Of a DNA stretch of 64,000 bases, positions 20,277-31,054 are shown piece by piece. How positions within the stretch are numbered: the first letter of the stretch is position 1; every line of letters begins with the position of its first letter. The DNA comes from Candidatus Saccharimonadota bacterium (lineage in GTDB: Bacteria > Patescibacteriota > Saccharimonadia > Saccharimonadales > Saccharimonadaceae), in assembly GCA_017519305.1 (NCBI GenBank), contig JAFWSN010000001.1, positions 120,296 to 184,295 of the forward strand, read 5' to 3'. A model generated the notes under the pieces. That model was not told the origin of the DNA and made no database searches. It worked only from the letters and a program-made list of their open reading frames with translations. Made by a program: the position numbers and the translations under genes.

Positions 20277-21443
20277 ATGGTAATGCTTAAAGGCTTTAAA
20301 CGATTTACGTTCGCTGTCAGCATGGTAGTCTTAGCCGCCACGCTAGGCGTTTTGATTCCGCGCGGCGAAACAAATGGTTTGTCTAGAGCCTGTCGCAACA
20401 GTGCTGCTTGTATGGAGGCTGTCGCTCGTGAGGAGCAGGCCAATGCTAATGCTGCAGCTGCTGCGAATTCTGCGAACTTATACCAAATCAAAGTCAATGA
20501 GCTGAGCGCTGAGATCGCCAGGAAAGAGGCCGAGATTGCCGATACCGAAGCGCAAATCGCCGAACTAAAGCTAAAAATTGCTGAAGCTGAAGCCGAACTT
20601 CAACGCAAACAAGACGTGCTCGCTGATCTTTTGATTGATATGCATTTTGAAGGTGATTCTGAGCCGATTACGATTCTAGCTGGCAGTAGTTCAATTTCTG
20701 ACCTCGCCGAGAAGCAAGCTCGTAGCGAAGTTGTGAAACAGGAAATCACAGCCGCTACGGAGGTTATCAAGCAAACCAAGGCTCAACTCGAAGCTGATAA
20801 GGCAAGGGTTGAGGATTTGCTCGCTGCGCAACAAGCAGCTAAGAAGGAACTCACCAATACTCGTGCTGAACAACAGGCCTTGGTGGAGAAATATCAAAAC
20901 GACGCCAGTGCATATGCCGCTGCAGCTGAACAAGCTAAAGAAGAACGCCGTGCCGCCGAAAAGGCTGAGCAGGATGCTCATCCAGAGCTCTATCGCGGTA
21001 GTGCCTACACTGGTGACAATACTTACCCATGGCAAGGGGATTGCCCTGGTCGTCAAGACGATTATTCTACTTATATTGATGGCCATGCTATTGGTGGTTT
21101 AGTTTGTGAATGTGTTAGCTATGTTGGCTGGAAGGCCTACGAATATTATGGCGTCTATGCATCATGGGGTAATGCCTATTCTTGGGATGACGTAGCTAGA
21201 TATTATGGTTATCGCGTAGACAATACGCCATCTGAAGGCTCAATTGGTCAGACCGATAGCGGCTATTGGGGCCACGTTTTCTGGGTTGAAAGCGTCAATG
21301 GCGACGGTTCAATCAATGTAACTGAGTATAATAACTCCTACGCAACCTACCTTTATTCTGGTTCTTACCACTTTGGCGACTTTGGCGCTCGTCAAATCCC
21401 AGCTAGCGAAGTCTGGCGTTATAACTACATTCATTTTGAGTAA
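20277..21443 (+). CDS. Secreted coiled-coil plus CHAP-domain peptidoglycan hydrolase (PcsB/CwlO-like)
   Basis: Signal peptide, long coiled coil with ITILAGSSSISD, CHAP motifs ECVSYV, WGNA, GHVFWVE, VTEYN. Confidence 0.88.
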   Translation: MVMLKGFKRFTFAVSMVVLAATLGVLIPRGETNGLSRACRNSAACMEAVAREEQANANAAAAANSANLYQIKVNELSAEIARKEAEIADTEAQIAELKLKIAEAEAELQRKQDVLADLLIDMHFEGDSEPITILAGSSSISDLAEKQARSEVVKQEITAATEVIKQTKAQLEADKARVEDLLAAQQAAKKELTNTRAEQQALVEKYQNDASAYAAAAEQAKEERRAAEKAEQDAHPELYRGSAYTGDNTYPWQGDCPGRQDDYSTYIDGHAIGGLVCECVSYVGWKAYEYYGVYASWGNAYSWDDVARYYGYRVDNTPSEGSIGQTDSGYWGHVFWVESVNGDGSINVTEYNNSYATYLYSGSYHFGDFGARQIPASEVWRYNYIHFE

Positions 21444-21483
21444 AAATTCACACACGATAAAGCGATTGTGCTAAAATAAATTA

Positions 21484-22692
21484 ATGAGTGTGAAATCGAA
21501 AAGTCTACCAAAAGAGAGAAAAACTAGTCTTGGCAACGCGATTATTATCGGTGCCGTATTAGCAGTAGTGGGTTTCATTGCGGGTCTTAATGCTCCGGCG
21601 ATGATAAACTGGCTTGCGCCTTATTTTGGTGGAAAATCTTACGTTAAATCCGACATTGACTGGTCCGTACTCGACACAGTTTATGAAAAATTAATCAATT
21701 ATTATGATGGTGAAATTTCTAAAACCGACGTTATCGAAGGTGCCAAAAAAGGCCTCACTGAAGCACTTGGCGATCCATACACTTCCTATATGGATGCTGA
21801 AACCGCCAAAGATTTCTTGGCCGAATTGCATGGTGAAATTGATTCTGCCGGTATCGGTGTTGAGATGGGGCTCCGCGATGGCTATGTTCGTGTTTTAAGG
21901 ACTTTGCCAGATAACCCAGCTCGCGCAGCAGGTATTCTGGCTGGCGACATTTTGTACAAAGTTGACGGCGAAGAGATTTGGGATTTGTCGGTCGACGAAG
22001 TCGCTCAAAAAGTGCGTGGTGAACGCGGTAGCGAAGTTACGATTACCGTGGTTCGTGATGGCGAAGAACTTTCCTTCACTATGAAACGTGACACGATTAA
22101 TAATGTTTCTGCTTACACAGAATACGATGGTCAAACCGCAATAATCACGATCACGAGATTTGACAACGACACTGGCCGCATCGTCAAGAATGAAGTTAAC
22201 GAGAATTTCGACAGTCACAATGTCAATAAAGTCATTCTGGACTTGCGCGGTAACGGTGGTGGTTATGTTTCGGCTGCCCAAGAACTACTTAGCCTCTGGG
22301 TAGACGGCGATACTATCTTGATTCAAAAATCTAAACACGAACGCGATTCGTCACTTTCTACTACTTCTGGTCGCGCCCGACTTGCCGGTATTAAAACTAT
22401 TGTGCTCGTAGATGGCTCAACCGCCTCTGCATCAGAAATCGTAGCTGGTGCTTTGCAAGATTATGAAAAGGCCACGATTCTTGGTGAAAAAACCTACGGT
22501 AAAGGTGTTGTGCAAAACATGTTCGAGCTCAGCGGCTCTACAATTCTTAAAGTTACCACAGCTAGCTGGTACACTCCGCTTGGCCGATCCATCAATAAAA
22601 CCGGTATCGAACCAGATGTAGAAGTCAAACGTTCTTATGACGACATCAACAACATGGTTGATCCGCAGATGGATGCTGCAAAGAACATGTAG
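21484..22692 (+). CDS. S41 family carboxyl-terminal processing protease
   Basis: LGDPYTSY, PDZ with GIGVEM, DLRGNGGG, TASASEIVAGALQD, GEKTYGKG. Confidence 0.93.
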   Translation: MSVKSKSLPKERKTSLGNAIIIGAVLAVVGFIAGLNAPAMINWLAPYFGGKSYVKSDIDWSVLDTVYEKLINYYDGEISKTDVIEGAKKGLTEALGDPYTSYMDAETAKDFLAELHGEIDSAGIGVEMGLRDGYVRVLRTLPDNPARAAGILAGDILYKVDGEEIWDLSVDEVAQKVRGERGSEVTITVVRDGEELSFTMKRDTINNVSAYTEYDGQTAIITITRFDNDTGRIVKNEVNENFDSHNVNKVILDLRGNGGGYVSAAQELLSLWVDGDTILIQKSKHERDSSLSTTSGRARLAGIKTIVLVDGSTASASEIVAGALQDYEKATILGEKTYGKGVVQNMFELSGSTILKVTTASWYTPLGRSINKTGIEPDVEVKRSYDDINNMVDPQMDAAKNM

Positions 22693-22703
22693 GACGAGGC
22701 CTA

Positions 22704-23960
22704 TTATTCTATACTTTTTTCGAGTACTTCTCGGTAGATTTCTTCAAAGCGTTCCAAAGTACGATTGATATCGTGTTTCTGGGCAATCTCTAAACTTTTT
22801 TCTGAATAGGAAGCTTGTAGTTTTGGCTTGCGGAGAATCTTAATAATTCCTTTTGCAATACCATCAACATCTTTCGGCACGCAGAGCTCACCATTTTTAC
22901 CGTCTTGGCAAACTTCGCGCACGGCGCCTTTATCTACCGCAACGAGTGGCAAGCCGGTGGCGGCAGCTTCAATCAAGACAATGCCTTGGGTCTCGATTTC
23001 GCTAGCCGTAGCAAACAGATCGCCGATTTTGTAGATTTCGTATAAATCTGGTGGCATTACACGACCAAGGAAGTAAACCGAATCCTCGAGCCCGAGCTTA
23101 ATAGCCTGTCTTACGAGATTGGCGCGGTCTACGCCGTCGCCTACAACTACGAATATTGCCTCCGGAATTTTAAATAAAACTTTCTTAAAGGCCTTAAGCA
23201 CAGTGCCAATTTGCTTTTCTGGATCAACGCGACCAACATAGAGCACGGTTGGACAACCCTTTGGAATGCGATATTTTTCAAAAATTTTTGGTGAAGCTTT
23301 GCCTGGTTTAAAAGCCGACAAATCTACACCGTTTGAAACAGCTTCGACTGGCACTTTGAAGTTTTTCTTGCGTTTAAAAATTAAATCGTCGATTGCCATT
23401 TGAGTCGGCATCGTGACATAATCACTCTTTTTCTGACGACCAACGAAATAAGCTGCGAGCGCCACATTAACAGGTTTTTTAACAATAGTTGGGAGCTTCA
23501 AAGGATCCGTAATCACGTCTGGAAAATTATGCTCAGTAGTAATTAGTGGAATTTCGTGTTTGTGTGCAAAGCGTACTACAGCGATTCCAATCGGGTCGGA
23601 AGTCTGGCAGTGAATCACGTCTGGACGGAAACGCGAAAGAGCCTTCTTGACCTCGTTGCCGGGAGTAACTGAAGCATGAAAACCGTCTTTATATATTACG
23701 CGCGGCAATTCTTTGCCGAAAAGTTTTTTCTTTGGCGGCACAGGATTAATCTGGTCAGGATAAACCGGGAGTTCGATTGATTTAAGATAAACGGTTTTTA
23801 CGCCATCGAGCATTACGGTATGCTTTTTGCCGGTTTGGCTTGGGCAAAGCACCATTACTTCGTGCCCACGTTTAGCTAGACCAACGGCCAAGTTGTGTGA
23901 AAAAGTGGCCACACCATTAGTCATCGGATAATAAACTGCGGTTGCGATAGCGATTTTCAT
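22704..23960 (-). CDS. GT4 family glycosyltransferase
   Basis: YPMTNGVA, VSNGVDL, YVGRVDPEK, ETQGIVLIEAAATGLP. Confidence 0.9.
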   Translation of the reverse strand: MKIAIATAVYYPMTNGVATFSHNLAVGLAKRGHEVMVLCPSQTGKKHTVMLDGVKTVYLKSIELPVYPDQINPVPPKKKLFGKELPRVIYKDGFHASVTPGNEVKKALSRFRPDVIHCQTSDPIGIAVVRFAHKHEIPLITTEHNFPDVITDPLKLPTIVKKPVNVALAAYFVGRQKKSDYVTMPTQMAIDDLIFKRKKNFKVPVEAVSNGVDLSAFKPGKASPKIFEKYRIPKGCPTVLYVGRVDPEKQIGTVLKAFKKVLFKIPEAIFVVVGDGVDRANLVRQAIKLGLEDSVYFLGRVMPPDLYEIYKIGDLFATASEIETQGIVLIEAAATGLPLVAVDKGAVREVCQDGKNGELCVPKDVDGIAKGIIKILRKPKLQASYSEKSLEIAQKHDINRTLERFEEIYREVLEKSIE

Positions 23961-24463
23961 AAGCTCATTATAGCATACATCGAAATGCCGGCTGCAACCG
24001 AGACATTAAACGATTCTTTTTTACCGCGCATCGGAATTTCAAGGAACAAATCTATTAAGTCATAAAGTTCGTGAGAAATTCCGTGGACTTCTTCGCCAAG
24101 AATTAAGACTACCTTGTCAGATAACCTACTTCTAAGTTCTGGAGAATTTATTTTAATTAAACGGTCGTCATTAATGTTATTTTCTAGACCAATAATTTGG
24201 TAGCCTGCAGCCTTGAATTTGGCTAATTTGTTAGCAATATCATCAGTAAAAGTAATTTTCAGCATGTCTTCGGCGCCGAGGGCAGTTTTATGAATTTCTT
24301 TATCAAGCTTGGCGCGCAGATGTGGCAAAAGGGCATTGTCGTGAACGCGCGGGGTATAACCCGAAAATACGATTTCACTCGCACCAAAACCTTCCGCCGT
24401 GCGCAGGATGGCGCCAACGTTGTAAGTTGAGCGAATATTATCTAGAACTACGACCAATTCCAT
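23957..24463 (-). CDS. SpoU/TrmH family RNA methyltransferase
   Basis: LDNIRSTYNVGAILRTAEGFG, LGEEVHG, ESFNVSVAAG. Start reassigned to ATG at 24463. Confidence 0.88.
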   Translation of the reverse strand: MELVVVLDNIRSTYNVGAILRTAEGFGASEIVFSGYTPRVHDNALLPHLRAKLDKEIHKTALGAEDMLKITFTDDIANKLAKFKAAGYQIIGLENNINDDRLIKINSPELRSRLSDKVVLILGEEVHGISHELYDLIDLFLEIPMRGKKESFNVSVAAGISMYAIMSL

Positions 24464-24498
24464 GATGAAATTATACCAGATTATGGTATAATATTGCC

Positions 24499-26883
24499 AT
24501 GGAAAGATATGACCCAATCAAAATCGAAGAAAAATGGCAAAAGCGTTGGGAGGAAGAAAAACCTTACACCGCAGTAGAAAAAGAGAACGTTCCAAAGATG
24601 TACCTGGCGGAAATGTTCCCGTACCCATCGGGAGCTGGCCTCCACGTTGGTCACGTGCGAAACTTTACGATTGTTGATGTCCTATCTCGTTTCTATGCGC
24701 AGCAAAAAGTTAATGTAATGCGCCCATTTGGTTATGATACCTTTGGTTTACCAGCCGAGAACTACGCCATTAAAACCGGCACGGCCCCACAGGAAATCAC
24801 CAAAATCAATATTGATAACTTCCGCAAGCAAGCTAAGCGCCTCGGTTTCGCTATTGATTGGGATCGCGAAATCAATACTTCGGATCCAGAATATTACAAA
24901 TGGACCCAGTGGTGTTTCTTGCAGCTATTCAAGAAAGGCCTCGCCTACCAAAAAGAGTCATATCAATGGTGGTGCCCAGTTGATCAAACCGTGCTGGCAA
25001 ACGAGCAGGTAGAGAACGGCTGCTGCTGGCGCTGTGGTCACGAAGTTGAAAAACGCAAAATGAAACAATGGTTCTTCAAGATTACTGCCTATGCCGATGA
25101 ACTCTTGGATGAAATTGACGCCCTTGATTGGCCAGAAAAAATCAAGACCATGCAAAAGAACTGGATTGGCCGTTCCGAAGGCGCTCTTGTCGATTTTGCC
25201 GTTGAAGATTCTGACGAAAAAATCAAAGTCTTTACTACTCGCGTTGACACTATCTTTGGTGTTAGCTTCCTTGCGCTCGCTCCAGAACATCCACTAGTTT
25301 CAAAACTCGTCGGCGAAAAGACAAAAGAAGAAGTTGAAAATTACTGCAAGAACGCAATTAAAAAATCCGAAATCGAACGCCAAGAAAACAAAGAAAAGAC
25401 CGGTGTTTTTACTGGCTCTTATGCAATTAACCCACTGAATGGCGAAAAGGTGCCAATCTGGGTTGCTGACTATGTTTTGTCTGGCTATGGCGAAGGCGCC
25501 GTGATGGGTGTGCCGGCTCACGATGAACGCGACTTTGAGTTTGCCGAAAAATTCGATTTACCAATTAGAAAAGTCATCGAAAAACCAGAAAACTCTACCG
25601 ACGACGACAAATGCTACCATGGCGAAGGCGTCTTGGTAAATTCCGGCCAATTTAACGATACAAGAAGCGAAGATGCTCGCGAACAAATCGCCGCTTGGCT
25701 CGAAGAGCGCGGCATCGGCAAACCACAAGTTACCTACAAGATGCGTGACTGGTTGATCTCGCGCCAACGCTATTGGGGCTGTCCAATTCCTATCGCCTAC
25801 GATAAGGACGGTAATCCACATGCTATTCCAGAAGATCAACTTCCAGTCGTTATTCCAGAAGTCGAAGACTACAAACCAGATAATTCTGGTCGCTCTGCTC
25901 TCGCCAAATGTAAAGACTGGCTCAAAGTCACGATTGATGGGGAAGAGATGACCCGTGAAACCGATACGCTCGACGGCTATGCTTGTTCTAGCTGGTATCT
26001 TTGGCGCTATGTCTCTACACATGATGATAAGCATGCTTGGAATCCAGAAGCTATTAAATACTGGGCTCCAACCGATGTCTATGTTGGCGCAGACCACGCC
26101 GTGGCACACCTCCTTTATGTGCGTTTCTGGTGCAAATTCTTTGCCGATGAAGGTTACTTGCCGTTCCGCGAACCAATCAAAAAATTGATTTATCACGGCT
26201 ACATCAACGCGCCGGATGGCAAGAAAATGTCCAAGAGTAAGGGCAACGTGATTGATCCGCTCGACGTGATTAATGATGGCTACGGCGCCGACACACTCCG
26301 TACTTACGAAATGTTTATTGGTCCAGTCGAGCTTGATGCTGCCTGGGACCCACGCTCGGTAGGCGGCGTTTATCGCTTCCTCGGTCGTTCCTGGAGCCTC
26401 GCCTTTGGCGAACCGGCAAAAGCCGAGAAAGATGCTAACATTGTACTCCGCAACAAAACCATCAAGCGTGTCACCGACGACATTCATCGTTGTAGCTTCA
26501 ACACTGCCGTCGCTGCCTTAATGGAATACGTGAACGAGCTTTATAAAGTTGGTGTTGAGCCGGCCGATGTCGAAACTTTGGCTAAGTTACTCAAACCATT
26601 TGCTCCACATCTCGCCTGCGAGATTTTGGAAAAGATCGGTGCAAACGATGATGAGTGGCCAGTTTGGGATAATAATTATCTTGTCGAAGACACCGTTGAG
26701 ATAGTTGTCCAAGTTAACGGCAAGCTTCGTGCTAAACTTTCTGTCGCTCTTGAAGATTTGGAAGACGAAGAAAAAATTAAATCCCTTGCTCTTGCTGACG
26801 AAAAAGTTAAGAAATTTGTCAGTGATGAGCCAAAGAAAGTTATCTTTGTTAAACAAGCTAAACTCGTTAACGTTGTCGCATAA
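24499..26883 (+). CDS. leuS: Leucyl-tRNA synthetase
   Basis: MFPYPSGAGLHVGH, editing domain with GVPAHDERD, WLISRQRYWG, KMSKS. Confidence 0.98.
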   Translation: MERYDPIKIEEKWQKRWEEEKPYTAVEKENVPKMYLAEMFPYPSGAGLHVGHVRNFTIVDVLSRFYAQQKVNVMRPFGYDTFGLPAENYAIKTGTAPQEITKINIDNFRKQAKRLGFAIDWDREINTSDPEYYKWTQWCFLQLFKKGLAYQKESYQWWCPVDQTVLANEQVENGCCWRCGHEVEKRKMKQWFFKITAYADELLDEIDALDWPEKIKTMQKNWIGRSEGALVDFAVEDSDEKIKVFTTRVDTIFGVSFLALAPEHPLVSKLVGEKTKEEVENYCKNAIKKSEIERQENKEKTGVFTGSYAINPLNGEKVPIWVADYVLSGYGEGAVMGVPAHDERDFEFAEKFDLPIRKVIEKPENSTDDDKCYHGEGVLVNSGQFNDTRSEDAREQIAAWLEERGIGKPQVTYKMRDWLISRQRYWGCPIPIAYDKDGNPHAIPEDQLPVVIPEVEDYKPDNSGRSALAKCKDWLKVTIDGEEMTRETDTLDGYACSSWYLWRYVSTHDDKHAWNPEAIKYWAPTDVYVGADHAVAHLLYVRFWCKFFADEGYLPFREPIKKLIYHGYINAPDGKKMSKSKGNVIDPLDVINDGYGADTLRTYEMFIGPVELDAAWDPRSVGGVYRFLGRSWSLAFGEPAKAEKDANIVLRNKTIKRVTDDIHRCSFNTAVAALMEYVNELYKVGVEPADVETLAKLLKPFAPHLACEILEKIGANDDEWPVWDNNYLVEDTVEIVVQVNGKLRAKLSVALEDLEDEEKIKSLALADEKVKKFVSDEPKKVIFVKQAKLVNVVA

Positions 26884-29329
26884 TTAAAAATCACAAATAG
26901 ATTATTTTTAGAGACATCTTCTATAATGCGTAAATACATATTATAGTGCAATGGTTTTATAAACTGTTTCTTTTAGTCTCTAAAAATAACTATTTTGTGA
27001 TTTTTTGTTGCAAAGCACAATTTGTTTATGCTAAAATAAAAGCATGAAGGGAATGTGTTGGACTGCGCAGAAAAAGCGTGGCATAGGTAGTGTCATAAAC
27101 CATGCTCTGGTATTGCTTGGTGTTTCGTTCCTGACGTTTTCATTGATTACTCTTAATACAGTTAGCGCCGCAACCGGACCGTTTAAAATTACTGACGCCA
27201 GTATTGCTGCTAAGTCGACCGACGTTGATGCTACTATTGTCAGCTTCGAAGACGCCGAAATAAACTCTTAAGCCACTTTCCATCGGCTGAACGACAGCGT
27301 TACTTATTTAGTTACGATTAGTAATATTGGCGACAAATCTTATACTATCAATTCTATTACAGACAATAATACCAACACGCATCTTACCTACAACTATTCT
27401 ACTCACGCGGGCGAAGAAATTGCTGCTGGCAGCGACCTAGCTTTAGAAGTAGAGATTGTTTATACTGATGTCGTTGCAGAAATCACTGATCGCGTTCAAA
27501 ACTTAGATATTGAATTTATTATCGACTATGAAGAGGAAGACGATATAGTGGTCCCGGACACTGGCGACGATGATGCCGTTGTACCAGATACTGGCGTCGG
27601 GACTAATGATGCTAGGTCTAAAGCCGATTTAATTCTTCCAACTACTACGGCTATTGGTATTATTCTCTTGGCGATTGGTTTATTTAGGAGCAAACTAAGT
27701 AACAAGACTAAAGTCGCTGCTCTTATCTTTGTTGGCACCCTTGCTGGAGTTTCAACAGCGCACGCCGTAAGCCGTAGCTTTGCTTTCGAATTTTGTGCCG
27801 ATGCCAATCTTAAGAACATTCTTGCCATTGTTATTGAGGGGCAAGATGGCTACACGGTAATCTCTTACGGCGACACTTTGGCGCTCGACGACCCGACCGC
27901 CAGTACCGGATACAAATTCTCTGGGTGGAAAGATGAAGTGGGGAACGACTTTGATCCAGCCGCGCCAATTGCCGACGACGCTACGATTCATCCAACTTTC
28001 TCGCCAATCCAGTATACTATAGCCGTAGATACGGATGGCGATGGGGCCGCAGATACTAACTTGGACGCTGTTTACGATACTTTTATAAGGCTTCCACAAA
28101 ATACCGCTAAAACCGGCTACGATCCGGGTGGCTGGACTGACGGCTACAATAATTATCTTAGTGGCGGCAGGGTTGTAAACCTTACTGCCGTGGACGGTGA
28201 TACGATTCAGCTTTCACCAGTCTATATTCCACATCAAATTGTGATTTCTTTCTCCCGTGGTGAAGGAGTCACCGATGCATCTGGTACGGTACAGGATAAG
28301 CAATTGGCTTATAATCAATCCGTTACTATGCCGAGCCGCGAAAATGGAGGTATTTTCTCTAGACCTGGCTACACTCAGACTGGATGGGAATGCGACGTGG
28401 CACCAGGCACAATATTCAGCCCAGGCGAGATCATTGTTAACTGGAATTATGATACTCCACGAGTAACTTGTAGTGCAGTTTGGACAGGGAATCAATATAC
28501 GATTCATTTTGTGAAAGGCGCCGACGACGCCACCGGTAGTATGGACGATATATCTTCTATTAGCTACGGAGATGATACTCCGCTACCGCTAAATACTTTT
28601 GCTCGTGAAGGATATCGTTTTACGGGTTGGAAATGGGGAAACTCTGGCGACTTGATTGAGGATGGTTCGAGTGCTGGGCAATTTGCTACTACGCAGGGGG
28701 CTACGGTGTCTCTTTGGGCACAATGGGAAGTGCTTCCTTATGCTATGCTAGATACCGGGTTAAATTTTAATAAAAAAATAAAAAAGATAGTTCACGGAGA
28801 GAATATTCCTGATGACTTTTTTGACTGGAATATTTTTGCTATTGAAATGGCCGATGCCTTGCCAGCAGATTTTGATACGGAAGATACAGCAAACATCATC
28901 TCTGCCCCAGATTCACCAATTAAGGTTTATGCTTGGTATGATAATGACGCTATCGATGTGACTGGCGATGAAATAAAAGATGGTGCAATATTTGTTTATT
29001 CCGATGCTAGTACCATTAAAGGTAATCCAGATATGAGTTATATGTTTTCGGGGACAGGAGATCTTTTCTCCGTATCTTTCCTAGAATATGTTGACACTTC
29101 CAGTACAACCGATATGAGCTATATGTTCTATTATACGGATCTCATTCCTCTCTCTATCCCCGCTATTAATACTGCAAATGTAACTAATATGTCTTATATG
29201 TTCGCCGATTCAAATGCAGTATATGAACCTCTTGTCCTTCCAGACTCCTTTGATACTTCAAATGTGACCGACATGTCTTACATGTTTTGGAACGTTCACA
29301 ATTCTGTATCGTTAACTCTTCCGGACACT

Positions 29330-29590
29330 TTTGACACCTCAAACGTAACGACCATGGCGCACATGTTTGAAGGTCTGGAGGTTGAAGAAGTTACTCTTCC
29401 GGACTCTTTCAATACTTCCAATGTAACCGATATGGAATCTATGTTCAGTGGCTTGCATGCCACCTCCTTTACCCTTCCAAGATCCTTTGACACCTCAAAC
29501 GTAACGACCATGGCGCACATGTTTGAAGGTCTGGAGGTTGAAGAAGTTACTCTTCCGGACTCTTTCAATACTTCCAATGTAACCGATATG
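29330..29590 (+). repeat. Exact 105-bp direct repeat (29330-29434 = 29486-29590)
   Basis: Identical sequence at 156-nt spacing (two 26-aa LRR units). Confidence 0.9.
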
Positions 29591-29626
29591 AGTTATATGT
29601 TCGGCGGCTCAACCAGTCTTGTTTCT

Positions 29627-30130
29627 CTCACTCTCCCAGATTCCTTCAACACCTCCAACGTAACAAATATGGGCGGTATGTTCTCCGGTATGTCCTCCCT
29701 CACTACTCTCACTCTCCCAGATTCCTTCAACACCTCCAGCGTAACAAGTATGGATAGTATGTTCTGCGACATGACCTCCCTCACCACCCTCACCCTCCCA
29801 GATTCCTTCAACACCTCCAGCGTAACAAGTATGAGCGGTATGTTCTCTAACACGAGAGCCCTCACTACTCTCACTCTCCCAGATTCATTCAACACCTCCA
29901 GCGTAACAAATATGAACAGTATGTTCTCTAACATGTCCTCCCTCACTACTCTCACTCTCCCAGACTCATTCAACACCTCCAACGTAACAAGTATGGGCTA
30001 TATGTTCTCCGGTATGTCCAAGCTCACTACTCTCACCCTCCCAGATTCCTTCAACACCTCCAGCGTAACAAGTATGAACAGTATGTTCTATAACATGAAA
30101 GCCCTCACTACTCTCACCCTCCCAGATTCC
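29627..30130 (+). repeat. 81-bp (27-aa) tandem repeat, 6 full copies plus a partial copy
   Basis: Unit CTCACYCTCCCAGAYTCMTTCAACACCTCC..., starts at 29627, 29708 and onward every 81 nt. Confidence 0.92.
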
Positions 30131-30326
30131 TTTATTATTGGAAGTGATACAACGACAAGCTACATTTTTACCAGTATCCGAACCACCGCCACCCTCTATG
30201 CTACAAATGCCACTGTGCGTTCGCTCTGGCCGGGCATACTAGGGAATTAGTGGCCTTGCAACAAATTGCAAATAGTGGTAGAATAGTTTAAATTATCTAT
30301 TTATAACAACATTAAGGAGCATTTAA

Positions 30327-30530
30327 ATGCCTGAACCTAAAAAGCAAAGCAGTCCAAGAAAAACTGGTCTTCGCCGCTCGCACCTTCGCCTTAAATTGGC
30401 TCGTGCCGTAAACGCAAAGTCTCCAGTCAAAGCTTTTGAGACCGCTAAAAAGACCCCAAATCTTAAGGTCAAAACCGTTAAAGCTGCCAAAAAAGCAGAA
30501 ACTAAAAAAACCACTAAAAAATCTAAGTAA
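30327..30530 (+). CDS. rpmF: 50S ribosomal protein L32 (Cys-free form, Lys-rich tail)
   Basis: [19 protein letters not shown]; AAGGAG SD; upstream of nusB. Confidence 0.8.
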   Translation: MPEPKKQSSPRKTGLRRSHLRLKLARAVNAKSPVKAFETAKKTPNLKVKTVKAAKKAETKKTTKKSK

Positions 30531-30544
30531 TTTATAGGAATATT

Positions 30545-31054
30545 ATGGCTAGTAATCGACATTTAGGTAGAGTAATCGTATTACAAGGTTTGTATGAATT
30601 CGAACTTAGGACTCTGGCGGGCGACCAAGAAGTCGATTTGGATACTGTCATTGCCAAGAATATCGAGCCTTATGAAAAGGCTCTCGGTGATACCGAATTT
30701 GTGTATAAATTAGCACACGGCGTAGTTGAGCATATGAATGAGCTCGACGAAGCTTTGCAGCCAATGGCCCCAGAATGGCCTATTTCATCAATTTCAGCAA
30801 TCGATCGCAACGTTCTTCGCATCGGCCTCTACGAACTTTCTGAGTGCCGCGACTCTATCCCACCGAAAGTTGCCATCAACGAAGCCGTGGAGCTTGCTAA
30901 AGCCTTCGGCTCAGACAATTCTTCTAAGTTTATTAACGGTGTGCTAGGCACCGCCTTTAAGGCACTCCATCTGGACCAAGAAGAGGCGTCGGAAGGAAAA
31001 CATGAATCAAGAAGTCAAACAGTCGACGGAACCGACAGCGAGGAGAACGCTTAA
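30545..31054 (+). CDS. nusB: Transcription antitermination factor NusB
   Basis: [42 protein letters not shown]. Confidence 0.95.
   Translation: MASNRHLGRVIVLQGLYEFELRTLAGDQEVDLDTVIAKNIEPYEKALGDTEFVYKLAHGVVEHMNELDEALQPMAPEWPISSISAIDRNVLRIGLYELSECRDSIPPKVAINEAVELAKAFGSDNSSKFINGVLGTAFKALHLDQEEASEGKHESRSQTVDGTDSEENA

Larger units (their letters stand above)
27044..30250 (+). pseudogene. BspA/DUF285-type LRR surface protein interrupted by one in-frame TAA (27269-27271)
   Basis: ORFs 27044-27271 and 27548-30250 share a frame and the intervening codons are open. The restored N-terminal domain aligns with the 60880 paralog. Architecture: signal peptide, domain, 2x VPDTG, TM, second hydrophobic segment, InlB-B-like repeats, DTSNVTxMxxMF LRRs. 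Confidence 0.8.

Noticed and set aside
18437-22692. ftsE-ftsX-CHAP-S41 cluster as a novel system
   Set aside because: It matches the established FtsEX-hydrolase-CtpA arrangement.
27269-27271. Stop-codon reassignment explaining the internal TAA
   Set aside because: TAA ends most genes in the window and TGA also acts as a stop (e.g. trxB), so code 11 applies and the event is local.
29296-29982. Repetitive antisense ORFs (TLEVLNESGRVRVV) and a possible CRISPR-like periodicity
   Set aside because: They are the reverse complement of the coding LRR repeats. The units are contiguous 81-bp in-frame repeats with no unique spacers and no cas genes.
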